From Leucoraja ocellata (taxonomy: Eukaryota), in contig JAWMAR010000269.1 of NCBI GenBank assembly GCA_036785375.1, positions 2,418,001 to 2,482,000 on the forward strand: a DNA stretch of 64,000 nt, written 5' to 3'. Under the pieces are notes generated by a model. The model was not told the origin of the DNA. It was given only the letters and a program-made list of their open reading frames with translations, and ran no database searches. A program made the position numbers and the translations under genes. Below, in pieces: positions 25,722 to 38,729 of the stretch; within the stretch, counting starts at the first letter, position 1, and the number at the start of each line of letters is the position of its first letter.

Positions 25722-28164
25722 GGTTCAATGGATTTTGGTTGCTTAACTTGGAGGCCTGAATGTGAAAGCTACGACTTTTCAGGATTACTAGGTGGGATCA
25801 CTCGGAAAGCTTATTTTGTTGCTCAAAATGCCAAAAGACAATGGCAGGGTGCAGGGGTTGCTTGAATGTCTTGAGCATACTCTCCTGGTTGTCATGCAGT
25901 GTGCATCATTAATTGTAGCCATGGAGATTGTAGACTTGGCCATTCACCACTCCCAGCTGTATGGAAAAAAATATGTCTGTGCCCCTGGGTGAAGTGAAGG
26001 GATAAAATAGATGATGTGATAATTTTTCTATTATGAAAAAAAAATGTGTGCATTTTAATTTTAAAGAATCAGTAGCCTGCAGTATAAAATATTCAGTAGT
26101 CAGAAGAAACTAATTGTTTTGTTTGTTTCTCCACCCAGAAGGTGCCTGTTTCAAATATTATGGTTGATTCTATTTTATCAAATCTCCCCCCTTAACTCTT
26201 TTGGCAATAGCACATGTTAGTACCAGGGGCTGCTCTTTAAAACTAATTGCACAAGTACAGATCAGTAAATATTTGAGTCAATCAAGCTGCCAACTTCGGA
26301 GGGAACTTTGCAACAGAAAAAAAACCTATAGTAATTACCAAAGGTGAAAAAGTAAGGGTTAGGAAACTGTTGTGTGACAAAACTAAAGAACAAAAGTAAT
26401 TAAAATACTCATTTGTAATTAAGTAGTAATTAAAATGTTACGTGTAACTCAGAGTGCCATTTTGAAGTTTAAATAATTTAAGATTATTGTTTAATATGGG
26501 TTTATAAGCTCATTAAATCACCTTTCTTTTAATGAAGCATCCGAAAAGAATGGCAGTGCAGACTTCTGTCAAAAAAGCTAAATCTTTCCAGACTAAATTA
26601 AAAGAAAATGAGGAAGCCTAATGGCTTCTGTTTGGCAGCTTAAGCTTCTGTTTTTACTGTCACCTTCGTTTTATTCATGGTTGTCACTGTTGGGTCATGC
26701 ATTATTAATAATAATTTTAGGAACATTTAGCATAAATGCCAGTACAGTACCATGCTAGCTTTCGACACGAAGCAACAGCATATTGTTACAATTGCTGGAA
26801 ATGTTCTGAAAATGATTACACTAGAGAACTACAGCTGGCCCAAATGTCCATGAAATCTGCTGTGCTTTATTTCCCCCCCCCCCCCCCCCCCCCGTCCCCG
26901 CTTACTGCTATCGAGGTAAGTATTTCCCCATTGTGCACCATTTCTAGTTAGGAATTTACGTACACCTTTCTGTTATATTAATCTGCAAATATGAGTTAAA
27001 AGACGACAATGCAAATGTCAAACATGGCAGTTTAATAAAAAAAAGCTGAACCAAATGCAGTAAATCGGTGAGTGACTATAAGGAGTGCGATATCGGGTTT
27101 GTATTCTGTATTCACAATGGAAATACATGTTTGCCTCTGATGGTCCCATTACGTCGGCATTTTCATTTCCAATGAAGGGTCAGAACTGAAACAAGAGCCT
27201 TCTATCAGCTATGCGTGTAGGAATTAGCTATTTCCTACATTTTCTGGCTATGTTGTTTGCTGATTTTGCATATTTGCAAAACTACATTTTCTGGATTTTC
27301 AACGCACTATATCGTCCATAGAAGAAAGGATATAGTGCAGTAGAGGAAAAATGATTAGAGAAAAATACATTGAAATCAATCCTTGGGATCTCTAAGGAGG
27401 GGTATGCCCCAAATTTAATCTTCTGCCTTCCTCTCTTCAGTGTATGTCCACGATTTTGCCGTAAGGTACCAACAACTATCAACCTCTTGTGATCTGGATT
27501 TGGCAGTTTTTGAGTTGGTTCATAATGAATAGAAATCTGAACAGTTCCTGCTATCTTGTGGATTTGGAGGTGCCTGTTGCCTTCAAAAGTGATAGTTAAC
27601 TTAACTGAAGGAACAAAGTAATCCACTGCACGCACACAATACCTCTTTTATGTTGCAGCATAGATTGGCTGTCACATTAGAAGCTGATATGCAATTTTAA
27701 CACGGGACCAGGAATTTAAAATGCTCAATTAAAAAAAAGCAGTGGTTGCCCTATATGTTCCTGAAAAATATACTGATAGGGAACAATGTTGGTTGTTGGC
27801 TTTTATTTCCTGCCAAGCTCATGTAGAAATTGTGTATTCCCTGCTAGTATCATGATTAGTATGTGTGGATTTCTCAGTGGGTGTGAGAAAATCACACTGG
27901 CAGTCCAATTACTAGTGCCTATCTTAATGGATGTGTGTCTGTCCTGAAATATACTGTAATATTGCCTTTTTTGGAGCCTCACCACTCACAGATATAGATA
28001 TCTAAAAGATCTCTGGAATCCTATGGAGCTTCTGACTTTGAGCGGATCTGTGATGAATTCTTCTCAAATTTGGCTACCCTCAGAAATTCATCTTTATCCA
28101 TCATGTGCTACATGATCACAAGATCACAAGAGATAGGAGTAGAATTAAGCCATTCGACCTGATA

Positions 28165-28720
28165 TCATGCAGGGTATGATTTTAACCAAGGGGCTACAAC
28201 AGACCCAATTTGCAGCAAAGGCGAGCATCAAGCAAGGCTGTGTCGTCACTCTTAACACTTTCCTCGGTACCTTAGTACTGTGATTTATCTCCAATCAGCT
28301 TTCCACTGGAGTCAAACTAATCTGCAGGAAAATTAGGAAACTGTTGAGCCTACATCAGTAGTCAATAGTCAATAGTCAATTTAATTGTCATTTGGACCCC
28401 TGGAGGTCCAAACGAAATGCCGTTTCTGCAGCCATACATTACAAACAAATAGACCCCAGACACAACATAATTTACATTTTACATAAACATCCATCACATT
28501 GCTGTGATGGAAGGCCAAAAAAAACTTATCTCTCCACTGCACTCTCATGATTACTCCATCCTCATTCGTTGAGCTGCACTGCATAGATGGTGCTTTGGTC
28601 CATGGCCACGGGCCATTCGTACGTAGGTCACCAAAATGCACAAGGGAGTGGGCATTAAACTAAACATCTGCAACATATAGTTATTTCAAACTGCCCCATT
28701 GCACAATAGCGACTGAGCAA
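28165..28720 (+). mobile_element. Old RTE-clade LINE RT remnant, interrupted
   Basis: atcaagcaaggctgtgtc (IKQGCV), followed by GVKLICR and GKLLSL-like pieces resembling RTE RT motifs. Confidence 0.55.
28370..28546 (-). mobile_element. 3' end of the same family as 34956-35408
   Basis: Reverse-complement similarity; hairpin tttggacccctggaggtccaaa; (AGTCAAT)n tail. Confidence 0.8.
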
Positions 28721-30154
28721 GTCTCTGGAAATTGAGAATCTGTGCTTGGGTTGATGATCTAGATGCTATGGAAGCAACAGTTGAAACCTTGGGAAGAGGG
28801 AGAGAACATACATAACGTTTTTGAACTGAGTAATGTTTATAAATGGACAGGTTTTGTTTTCCGATTGTAAACGTTTGACAAATCATCAACACTACAAATA
28901 ATAAAAATGTGGACATCCCCATTTGCTCTTGCTGGGACCTCTTTGAGCAAATCACTTCAATCTTTTATTCGCTGCAGGAAGAGATTCACCTGCAGCCCCA
29001 AAGCTTGACAATAACTGGGCACTTACAGTTTCCAGACCAACTCTGACATCGACTTAAATTGGATTAATGACCTTTACTGTTTAGCTGCTTTATATAGGAA
29101 AGGATTTATCTAACTCACATTTTGCTATCGTATATCACCCACAGTGACATCTCCTGTGATTTGTCAATTGAGTAAGTACTTCAATTAACATGGAAAGAAA
29201 AATTGTTACCAGCCAAAGGTTAGAAGTGCAGCTGGCTATTTGGCTAATGCAACCGTAAACACTGGGATAATGATCTCATAAGTAATTGTACTCTATACAT
29301 TATAGTACATGACTTTCTGTTCTAACTTGTTCTTTGTGCTTATCAGAACCTTGTTTAGGTTTGCATCTTGCAATTAGAGTTGAACTTCCATGGGTTTCAC
29401 ACCAGACCAGCCCAAGATTGGACATGTGCTGTGCACCGGGCCAACAAACAAATGCATTGCAACAAATGTCTACAGCAGAATTCCAAAGCACTTTTACCAT
29501 ACACAAAGGCAGAGGAATGAAAGTAGTACTCAGTTCTTAGGTGGTTGGTACAGGGAAGGGGGCAGAGATGGGGAGTATGGAATAGGGTAGGCATAGGGAT
29601 AATGGAGTTAAGTCAGGTAGCAATCGAGATGGGGCGGATGGTCCTGGTGGAATTGGAAGCTTGTGGATCAGATCAGATCAGTACACAGAGAGACAATCAG
29701 TGAATTTGGTGTAGGATCAGCTTCTCGTTTAGCTGTGAGGTGGATCAGGATAGTAGTTGATTGCATTGGGGTGAAGATCAGGTGAAGTTGGTTGGAATTC
29801 AAGGAAGATTCACTTCAAGGTTTGTTTTTTTTACATAAAGGATCCCTACCAGCCCTTAAAGTGCCCCCTGTCTGTCACACTGGAGCAAGCCTTGCAATGA
29901 TTACTGAAGTCCTGCTTCTGCATGTACGACCCATGTACATGTATCCCAATAATATTTAACAGATGTGGTATCTGCATGCCTGTCGCTTCTGTTGGATGGG
30001 GATTTGTTTGGCTGGGGACATATGTGAGATAAGACACCATCATGTGTAGAGGAAAATTGCGGATTTTCTGAAAGACGCAGTAAGTTCGATGAACTTTTCG
30101 TAACCTTGTCGGCGCCAGAAACCTGGTGACTCTTGTGTACTGCCCAGGTGAGAT

Positions 30155-30245
30155 CTGCTGTATGATTTTACCGGGTTGTACACAAAACAAAGCATTTCAC
30201 TGCACCTAGGTACATGTTGCAGTAAATAATCATTGAATCATTGAA
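30155..30245 (+). mobile_element. Rex1/Babar-like 3' tail
   Basis: aaagcatttcactgcacctaggtacatg...taaa followed by (TCATTGAA)2. Confidence 0.5.
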
Positions 30246-30647
30246 GTCTTAGATCCAATTGAAAGATCAATTTACTGAAATGTTCTCGCATAGAACACAT
30301 TAACATGGTGCTGCATAATCACATTTCTAGATCACTAACTCATATTTGCAAATGCCCTCAATTTGAATCATTATTTGTACTGAGCTAAATCTAGAACTTT
30401 TAAATAAATACCTGAAATTCCATTTCTTTTTCTATTTTGTGCCTCTCCATTTTTGCACTTTTGATATATGTAAGCAAGGTGACGTATGCACATGTACAAT
30501 TTCCTTTTTGAGAGTTGTAAAGAGCTCAATATGTGTGCAACAGAATGAGATGATTAACTAAAAATTATTGTTTACTGTCTATTGTATTAGAGATTTGTAT
30601 TGTAGTTCCAAAATATTTGGATTTTTTGTTGTGTAAATAAATTATAG

Positions 30648-30828
30648 TTCATAGATTCATAAATGATAGGAGCATTCGGCCAATCAAGTCTATGCCTCCA
30701 TTCAATCATGGCTGATCTATATTTCTCTCCTTATCCCATTTTCCTGCCTTCTCCCCTATAACCCCTGACACCTGTACTAATCAAGAATCTATATATCTCT
30801 GCCTTAAAAATATCCATTGACTTGGCCA
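30648..30828 (-). mobile_element. CR1-like LINE 3' tail
   Basis: Reverse complement of about 6975-7140. Confidence 0.8.
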
Positions 30829-32529
30829 TTGGCTGTAGTGTAGGTTTTCCAACATACCGTGTGTACTGACTGACTGAATATATGTTTTTGATAGTTAGAT
30901 GAGCAATGCCGGATTTATGGATATTTATTTTTAATGCTGCTTAACTGATCCACTGGGATCCACATCCATTTTTCTGGAAATCCACAGAGCTAACTCCTAG
31001 CAGATATTGTTTGAATTAATTTTTATGAAATCCTCAATATCATGGCTGTCAGCCCACTCGACTAGAAAAGTGCTGAATATTTTAAGGATGGAAATTGTGC
31101 AGAAGTTAAACATAATTGTTTCTTTGGATGGTGGTCTGTGCGAATTGAGAGGCAATATCTTATTTACTAGAACATTTGGTTGGCATCAGTTGCCTAGATT
31201 GAGCTGGCATTTGTCAAACTATATGTACCACCCATTCCCTCTGGTGTTTTGTTAATAATACTAGGTTACCTCAGCAATAATCAATAAAAGTGTACCTGAG
31301 GCATGCAACTTGTTTCAAAGTAACATCATGGCAAGGGTTAACCCCAAGCAAGATCTCTGCCCCTCTAAGGCCAAAATAAATTCATTTCATTAAGATAATT
31401 GCTGCAAAAAACGACCATTTGAGGGGCTTTTTAACTGTGGTGGGAAGTCTTAGCACTTTTTACTCTTACTTCAGGAGATTGGTGTGATTTATGTTAGTTT
31501 GAATACAAAGATAACTTGGTCAATGCACCAGCAAACGTTAAGGCAGTGGGAAGTTCCAGTTTTTATGTGTGTGTGTGTGTATTACTGACTCTAATATGTT
31601 TACTGGGATCAGTTAACATGGAGGATCAAAGGTGCACTCCTAATAGAAATCTACCCGTAACTGCATCCAGATCTTTGAGAAAGTCGTGCAGCAGGATTTC
31701 TCCTGGAACAGTTCCTCACCGTGGAGTAACTTGAGAGTCTGGGACTTCTGTTGGAGAAGGAGATGGTGTTCACATCATGCCGTGTAGGAGCCCAGCCTGA
31801 GATCCCCGAACAGGGATCCAAGGTATCTTCTCAGTGCTTGCTTTGGATTGGAATAATCTCATTTTCCTATGCCCTTTGACAATTTTTTAATTTAGATGAA
31901 CCTTAATACAGACAGAAAAACTCAGCCTTTGTCCTCTTATTGAATTCAGTTGACAATTGGTGGGATTTACAAATATTATTCAGCTCGTACTTTTGGAAAT
32001 GATTAAAAAAATCATGTTTGTTTATATATTTTTGGTCTTGCCTCCTGTAAACTTTCAGAAATCTGGAGGAGAGCACATGGAAAATCCCGAGATTCTCACG
32101 TCCTGGTCACTTAAAGGTTTGGCCCTGTTATAGAATCATAGGAAACGTAGAATAAAGACATTGGCCATTTGGCCGACTGAACCTATTCTCGTGGAGAGCT
32201 ACATATTCTGGTCACAACATCTCGCTGTAGGTCAATGACTCTGCAGGTTGCAGCTGCTCAGAGGCACAGCAGAAGATGTTTTGAATGTGATTGAGGGTGT
32301 CTGCCTCTCTCACCCCCTAGGGCCATGAGAACCATATGCCTATTACCCTCTAAATGAAAAGAATGCTCCTCTAATTTTATGACTAATTATTTAAAATCTA
32401 TGCTTCAAGTCATCTAATTAACAAAATTTTACGATTTACCATCGCAGTATAATTAAACCCTTGGTCAGTAGGGATCTGTTTACATGAGAATACAATCACA
32501 CTTGACCAAAACAAATATTACTGTAGATG

Positions 32530-32758
32530 GACACAAAATACTGGAGTAACTCAGCGGGACGGGCAGCATCTCTGGAGAGAAGGAATGGGTGCGGTTCGGA
32601 TTGAGACCCTTCTTCAGACTGATGAAGTCTAAAGAAGGGTCTTGACCCAAAACACCACCCATTCCTTCTCTCCAGAGATGCTGCCTGTCAACCTGAGTTA
32701 CTCCAGCATTATGTGTCTATCTTCGGTTTAAACCAGCATCTGCAGTTTCTTCCTACAC
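32530..32758. mobile_element. Fold-back Penelope-derived element with two opposed hammerhead-like motifs
   Basis: Arms ~32530-32620 and ~32626-32717 are reverse complements around a few-nt spacer; both hammerhead copies are degenerate. Confidence 0.9.
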
Positions 32759-33149
32759 AATTATCGTGGATGGTCTCAGTCAACTGTTTTTCTATCTGTA
32801 TTAAGGTGCATCTCAATTTTAAAAATGTCCATCGGCATAGGAAAATTAAATTGCTCCAATCTAAAGCAAGCACTGATGCAGATATCGTCGATGAAATAGT
32901 CTCTCCACATCTTGAAAATTCAATGCAAAGTGATCTGCTCATTTGTTTTTCCAATAATCCTGCATGTCACCCATTTTTCGACGTCTTAATCTTTGGGAAG
33001 AAGTCTTTAAGAATAATTTACAGCTTCTGGATTTGTGTTGTTAGTCAGGGGCAGTAACAATGAGACATCATGGCCTACTGACAAATGGCTTCCAATCAAT
33101 AACTAGATAACACTTGCTTAGAGACCTGATTTTACTCCGCAGATAACAA

Positions 33150-33435
33150 GGTTAGAAATAAGGGGTAAGGCATTTAAGGGGTAAGCCATCTTTTAAGAAT
33201 AAGGGGTAAGCCATTTAGAACGGAGATGAGGAAACACTTTTTCACATGGAGAGTTGTGAGTCTGTGGAATTCTCTGCCTCAAAGGTGGAGGCCGGTTCTC
33301 TGGATACTTTCAAGAGAGAGCTTGATTGGGCTCTTGAAGTCAGTGGATATGGGGAGAAGGCAGGAACGGGGTACTGATTGTGGATGATCAGCCATGATCA
33401 CATTGAAATGTACTCCTGCACCTATTGTCTATGGT
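33150..33435 (+). mobile_element. CR1-like LINE 3' fragment
   Basis: agaataaggggtaagccatttagaacggagatgagg...; taaggggtaag occurs three times at the 5' junction. Confidence 0.8.
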
Positions 33436-33767
33436 CTTTTGTCTAAATGAATTATTATCAGTAGATTTTAAAGGAAGGTTATGCATGTTAGATATCATTT
33501 TGCTCAACGCTGTGTGACTCTTTAAATAAGAAACTAACAGTAATAACCAAGAGAAATCTGGTTAAATGCACATTTAAGACATGTGTAATATTCCAGTCTG
33601 TAATATTCCATTATGTTTCAATTCAAACAATCCATTCCCAAGTATTATATTTCTTGTTAGATGTTGGCATCTTCAGGTTTATCAGAAGAAATCATGACAT
33701 CAATCAACTTTTCTCAGGAGTCCAAAATAACACCATTCTTCAAATCTAATTAGGAATATCCTGAAAA

Positions 33768-33842
33768 TAAAACTGCTGGAGTATCTCAGCAGGTCAAGCA
33801 CCATCTCTGGAGAAGGATAGATGAAGTTTTGGGTCAGGATGG
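33768..33842 (-). mobile_element. Degenerate Penelope-derived short element
   Basis: tgctggagtatctcagcaggtcaagcaccatctctggagaagg. Confidence 0.55.
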
Positions 33843-34331
33843 GAGTCTCCTGATGCTTGCAAAATGTTCTCAGCATTATCTTACATAACTCATAAATAGT
33901 GATGTAGGATAGGTACGTTGGGACATATTTTCTGTCTGTTTAATATTCAGGCAGATTACAGATACAATTCATTTGGTTTATTCTTTTTATAGTGACCTAG
34001 TTGATGTTGATTGGTATTTTTTCTGACCCATATTTGAACTTCATTGGATGGCTAAAAAATCTTGCTTTTTTAAAGAATTTTCCACCAGAGTAATCGGGAC
34101 TTAGCTGGGATGTATTATTTTGGAGTTTGATCAGTTGAACACTTATTTATATATTGACCATGTTGGTCTAAGGTATACATGTAAGTATACACATGCAGGT
34201 ACTACTGTATATTGGGGTGGTTGAACTTTACGCAGGGATATAATAATGGTAAGAGGGACAATCACACAAGTATCGGCTGGAACTTTGCAGCCTATACAAT
34301 CAACAAAATACTACTACAATCGTGTTGTTTA

Positions 34332-34456
34332 AGTAAGAACTGCAGATGCTGGAAAAATCGAAGGTAGACAAAAATGCTGGATAAACTCAGAGGGTGAGGC
34401 AGCATCGATGGAGCGAAGGAATAGGTGACGTTTCGGGTCGAGACACTTCTTCAGAC
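34332..34456 (-). mobile_element. Penelope-derived short element with hammerhead motif
   Basis: Minus strand 34426-34454 CTGAAGAAGTGTCTCGACCCGAAACGTCA; flanking repeat aatcgtgttgttta / aattgtgttcttta. Confidence 0.85.
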
Positions 34457-34571
34457 AAAATTGTGTTCTTTAGTTTGCTTTCTGTTAAATGAGTCTTTAC
34501 ATCACATAAGTTCCTCCAGCTGGGAAATCAAGGTTTTCTGGAGCTCATTAACACCCTGCCACAGAGGTACA

Positions 34572-34700
34572 CGTATTGTTTATTGTGTATAATTTGTGTT
34601 TATTATGTGTTTTTGTCATTTTTACTATATGTGTAGGACTGCAAGGCAACAACATTTTGTGCAAGGTCTGAATGACAATAAAGGCTACTTTGACTGACTT
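34572..34700 (+). mobile_element. Rex1/Babar-like 3' tail
   Basis: tgaatgacaataaaggctactttgactgacttt. Confidence 0.55.
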
Positions 34701-34955
34701 TGTTGGGCAAGATGCAATTTCTGCCCTGTCCCATAGGTTTGTCAGGTTTTCTGTGTCATTGAGAAGATTCTTACATAATGATTAGCCTCTAATCCACTTG
34801 ATTAATACAAACTAATTATCTGTGTCCTCTTTAAATTGTGCACATATAGATTGGATTACCATATCCCTGTATGAGATTAATGCATAAAGTGCAGGACCAG
34901 TGTTTCATCCAGTACAGACGGTGCAGTACAGATGATTGCTGGTAACGGTGCAGTA

Positions 34956-35408
34956 CGGGTCCCTGCTGGGAGACCGCTTTTCGGGGCTTCCGCAACGGCA
35001 ACTTCACCCGTCCGAGTTGCGGGGTTGAAGAGTATCTGGAGCGAGGCCTTACATCATCGCCCGGCGCGGCTTGGAATGGCTGTGGGCTTTGCTAGCGCCC
35101 GCCGGGGGCTCCAACAAGACCTGGAGCGCGGCCTTGCATCACTCGGCGCGGCGTTAATGGCCGCGGGACAATTACCATCGCCCGCCGGGGGCTTTGACTC
35201 TGACATCGGGAGGGGAATGGGGAGTGCAGGGAAGAGATAAGTTTTTGCCTTCCATCACAATGAGGAGGAGATGCGCTGTGATGGATGTTTGTGTAAATTG
35301 TGTTGTGTCTTGGTTCTTTCTTGTGTGTATGACTGCAGAAACAACATTTCGTTTGAACCTCAATGGGGTTCAAATGACAAATAAATTGTATTGTATTGTA
35401 TTGTATTG
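34956..35408 (+). mobile_element. GC-rich non-coding retroposon with a Rex1/Babar-like tail
   Basis: TSD aacggtgcagta (34944-34955) / aatggtgcagta (35409-35420); hairpin tttgaacctcaatggggttcaaa; tgacaaataaa then (TTGTA)n. Confidence 0.8.
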
Positions 35409-36534
35409 AATGGTGCAGTAAATGCACAATATCACCCGACTTGGCCAATTATGCTTGCATTGCATTGCCTTGATCATTTGACACAAATGCAGCTGGAAGC
35501 ATGACCATTAATGCTATTATTTCACTTTCTGTTCTTCATTTTTGTTGTAAATTTCCAAAATACTTTGCGTGTGTGTGGGGAAAGAGAACACAAATTGGCT
35601 AAATTTGTTCCTTGGAAGGAACTGGAGAATTGCAACCTTCGGCAGTTGGTGGCTGGTTAGTGGCATTAAAGTGATTAGTGACCGTAACAGTTACCAATAA
35701 GCAAAGGAAACATTGGCATTGATGGCTTATGCTGTGGCTTCTCTTTCTCAGAACGTCCTGCAATCTCAGAAGTGTGCACAATTTATTTATAGCCGGAACG
35801 GAGCACCAGTGGTGTACAAGACGTTCTAAATGCAGATTGGCTGCTGTATCAGGATTTTTGTATTTTTTGACACCCCTGTGTATTATCATAATTGACTTCT
35901 GGACATGATATTGTGTTAAAATGAGGTGCATTTGTTTAAAGCCCTGGAGTCCCTTTCTTCGATTTTACCAAGTTTCAGCTTCATTGTCTGGGTCACATGA
36001 CCTCTTCACCAGGCCTGTCCAAAGTTATAAAAGCTGAGTGACAGGGAATGGAGATTCAGTGACAGACCAAATATATGAAAGAAATCAGACTGCCAGTTGC
36101 CCATTAGAGTGGCTGCTGTACACGGCGGCCTCATCATGTTTGCTTTCAAACTACACTGAGCACCTAAATCAGCAGAGTGAATGCAGATGGAAGTGGACAG
36201 TCGAGCTGCAAATGGCTGCAACAATGTCATCAAACTTTTTCATTCAACTGCAGGAAAGCTTATTATCACCATTGTGTTGCGTGTTTAACTGTTTCAGTGA
36301 AGCAATCCAGCCTTTGAGCTATGAGAGAAGATGATTCCTGAATTGTAACACCGATGGGAGGGTTTTACTACTAAAAAACAAAACTTTGGTGGGAATAAAA
36401 GTACAAAGTGCAAGCGGATCTGGCAGGAACTTCAGAACAATAATAAAACCTGGACATGTGAAGACCTTTTTGTAATATTGCAAAACATCCCAAGGTTCTT
36501 CACAGGAGTGTAGTTAAATACGATTTGCCACTAA

Positions 36535-36606
36535 GTAATAATAATAATAATAATAATACATTTTATTTATGGGTTTCAATAATAATACATTTTATTTATG
36601 GGTTTC
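36535..36606. repeat. (AAT)n run plus a 29-bp tandem duplication
   Basis: aataataatacattttatttatgggtttc at 36549-36577 and 36578-36606. Confidence 0.9.
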
Positions 36607-37419
36607 AAAGGTTATTTATTTATTTCAAGACTCTCAAGGACACCTTACAAAATTTAATAAACAGAATAACAAAACATGTAAGCGGAATGAAACAAAAAAA
36701 AAAAAAAAAAAAAGTAACATAAGGATATTCGGGCAGATAACTAAAAACCTGGTTAAAGAGAAATCTTCTAAGGAACATTTTTATAAAAGAAAAGCGATGT
36801 AGACAGGATAGAAATTCAACAAAGCAGTGAAGTTTACAGAAGGAATTGCCAAAGCTTAGGGTCTTGGTCAGTGAAATCATTGCACATTGAATTCTGGGAT
36901 GATTAACAAACCAGATTACCCAAGTACATATATCAGGAAGGTGACAATGCTGGAAGAGTTTACTAAGGTAGAATGAGGAAAAGAGTTAAAAGCAAATGTG
37001 AATAACTAAAATTAGGTAGCAACCACCTGGATCCATTGTGGATCGGTGTGTGCATATCAGTTGCGGATAAATGGGATTAGAGAAATGGGAAACTTGCATT
37101 GGTAAACATTTACCAATACATGAAGAGTGAAGACAGACTGAGCAATATGGAAAAGTTAAGTCTAGACATTGTAAAGGCTTCTCCAAACTGGAGCGCAATT
37201 TGGTTCAAATTTCTTTTTTTAGGATATTGCTGAGGGCATTGGGGTTAGGGTTATGGTTGTGATAAAAGGAAAGGGGCAAAAAATAGTTTTTTTATAACTA
37301 TTGGAGGTAATCGTACGTGAGCGTGAAGAGAAACCACAGTTTTTAAAGCTTTTTGTTTCCCATTTGCAAGCATTGGCAAAATTGATGGTGCAATTTAAGT
37401 GAACTGTTGAGAATTACAC

Positions 37420-37510
37420 TGAAGGCCACAAAGTACTGGAGTAACTCAGCAGGTCAGGCAGCATATCTGGGGAACATGGATGGGTGACGTTTTGGATTAG
37501 GACCCAGATT
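37420..37510 (-). mobile_element. Degenerate Penelope-derived short element
   Basis: cacaaagtactggagtaactcagcaggtcaggcagcat...gggtgacgttttgg. Confidence 0.7.
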
Positions 37511-37920
37511 TAGGCCGATTGTGTTGATTTACACTGAAATGGTTTGTGGGCCTAAGCAGTACAGTTGCTCCGTGCTGCATTGGATGTACCTAAGAAAGGA
37601 TTGGAGAGCTTAGGGTCTCCCATGCAAAAATATATATTCAATTAACGATCTGGTTTATTGCTGTGACTACACTGACGGCATCAGTTTCTTCTTGACACCC
37701 CAGCAAAGGTGAATATGAGGTATTTCTCATCACAAAGGAGCAGGTTTGTTCCCTGTATTGTACTAGTGTCCTCTCGCGGCCCATGTTACTTTTTCAGTGC
37801 ATATCCATGGTTTATTGTCGCAGAAGCAATGCATGAGGATTGCCATTTCACATGCGTATTTTAAGTCCATGAGAGCTTGTGATCAGAAGTTTCAATGTGT
37901 CCAGTAAGGTCTTGATAGTA

Positions 37921-38729
37921 CAGGTGCACAACCTTTTATCCGAAAGCCTTGGGACCAGACACTTCTCGGATTTCGGAATTTTTCGGATTTCCGAATGGAA
38001 GATTTTTAGCTTAGATTAGGTAGGTATCGCGGGCGGCTTGAAAAGTCTGGAGCGGCTGCCTCCTCCCCGGAGATCGGGGAATCGCCCGCAGCCCCAGCTC
38101 CGCGATGTTGGGAGTCGGCGGCGTCGCAGCGCTGGGATACCAGCGGGGAGCGGGCAATGCCTTACCGGGTCGCCGTGCAGTAAGCTCCGGAGTGCTGTGG
38201 CCGCTGACACACAACATCGTGGAGCTGGGGATGCGAGCGTCCGGCCGCGGGCCACGGGCCGCGCTGGATTTGGAGCACCGCGCAGCCAGGGGTAGAGTTG
38301 CTGGGGTCGGAGCTACAACCGGCACCGTCCGCGGCCGTACGCCCGCAGCCCCAGCTCCGCGATGTTGGGAGTCGGTGGCCACAGCGCTCTGCAGCTTACT
38401 GCACGGCGACCCAGTAAGGCATTGCCCGCTCCCCGCCTCTCCGACCAGGTAAGGGACTAAGAATTAAAGTCCCCCCCCCCTTCACATAAAAGCCCTCCAA
38501 ACTAACTGACTAACATTTAAGCAATGATTTACAGATGTTTAAGTGTCTCCCCGGTCTCTGGGGAGGAGGCAGCCGCTACAGTAGTACAGACCTGGGTTGA
38601 CCGTGGGTCGTTTCGGGTCAAGTTTGGCGCCAAACGCGAGTTTTGGTGTGCAGACGACATCCTGGAAAAAATGTCTGGTTTTCGGAGCTTTCCGGTTTCC
38701 AGAACTCCGGATAAAAGGTTGTGCACCTG
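37921..38729. mobile_element. Tc1/mariner (Tigger/pogo-like) MITE, young
   Basis: Perfect 22-bp TIR CAGGTGCACAACCTTTTATCCG (37921-37942 / 38708-38729); TA on both sides; CpG-rich interior; no transposase. Confidence 0.92.

Noticed and set aside
38011-38452. Overlapping GC-rich ORFs or a host CpG-island promoter
   Set aside because: They lie inside a TIR-bounded MITE; long ORFs are expected from the GC content. The same applies to 8212-8861 and 34932-35448
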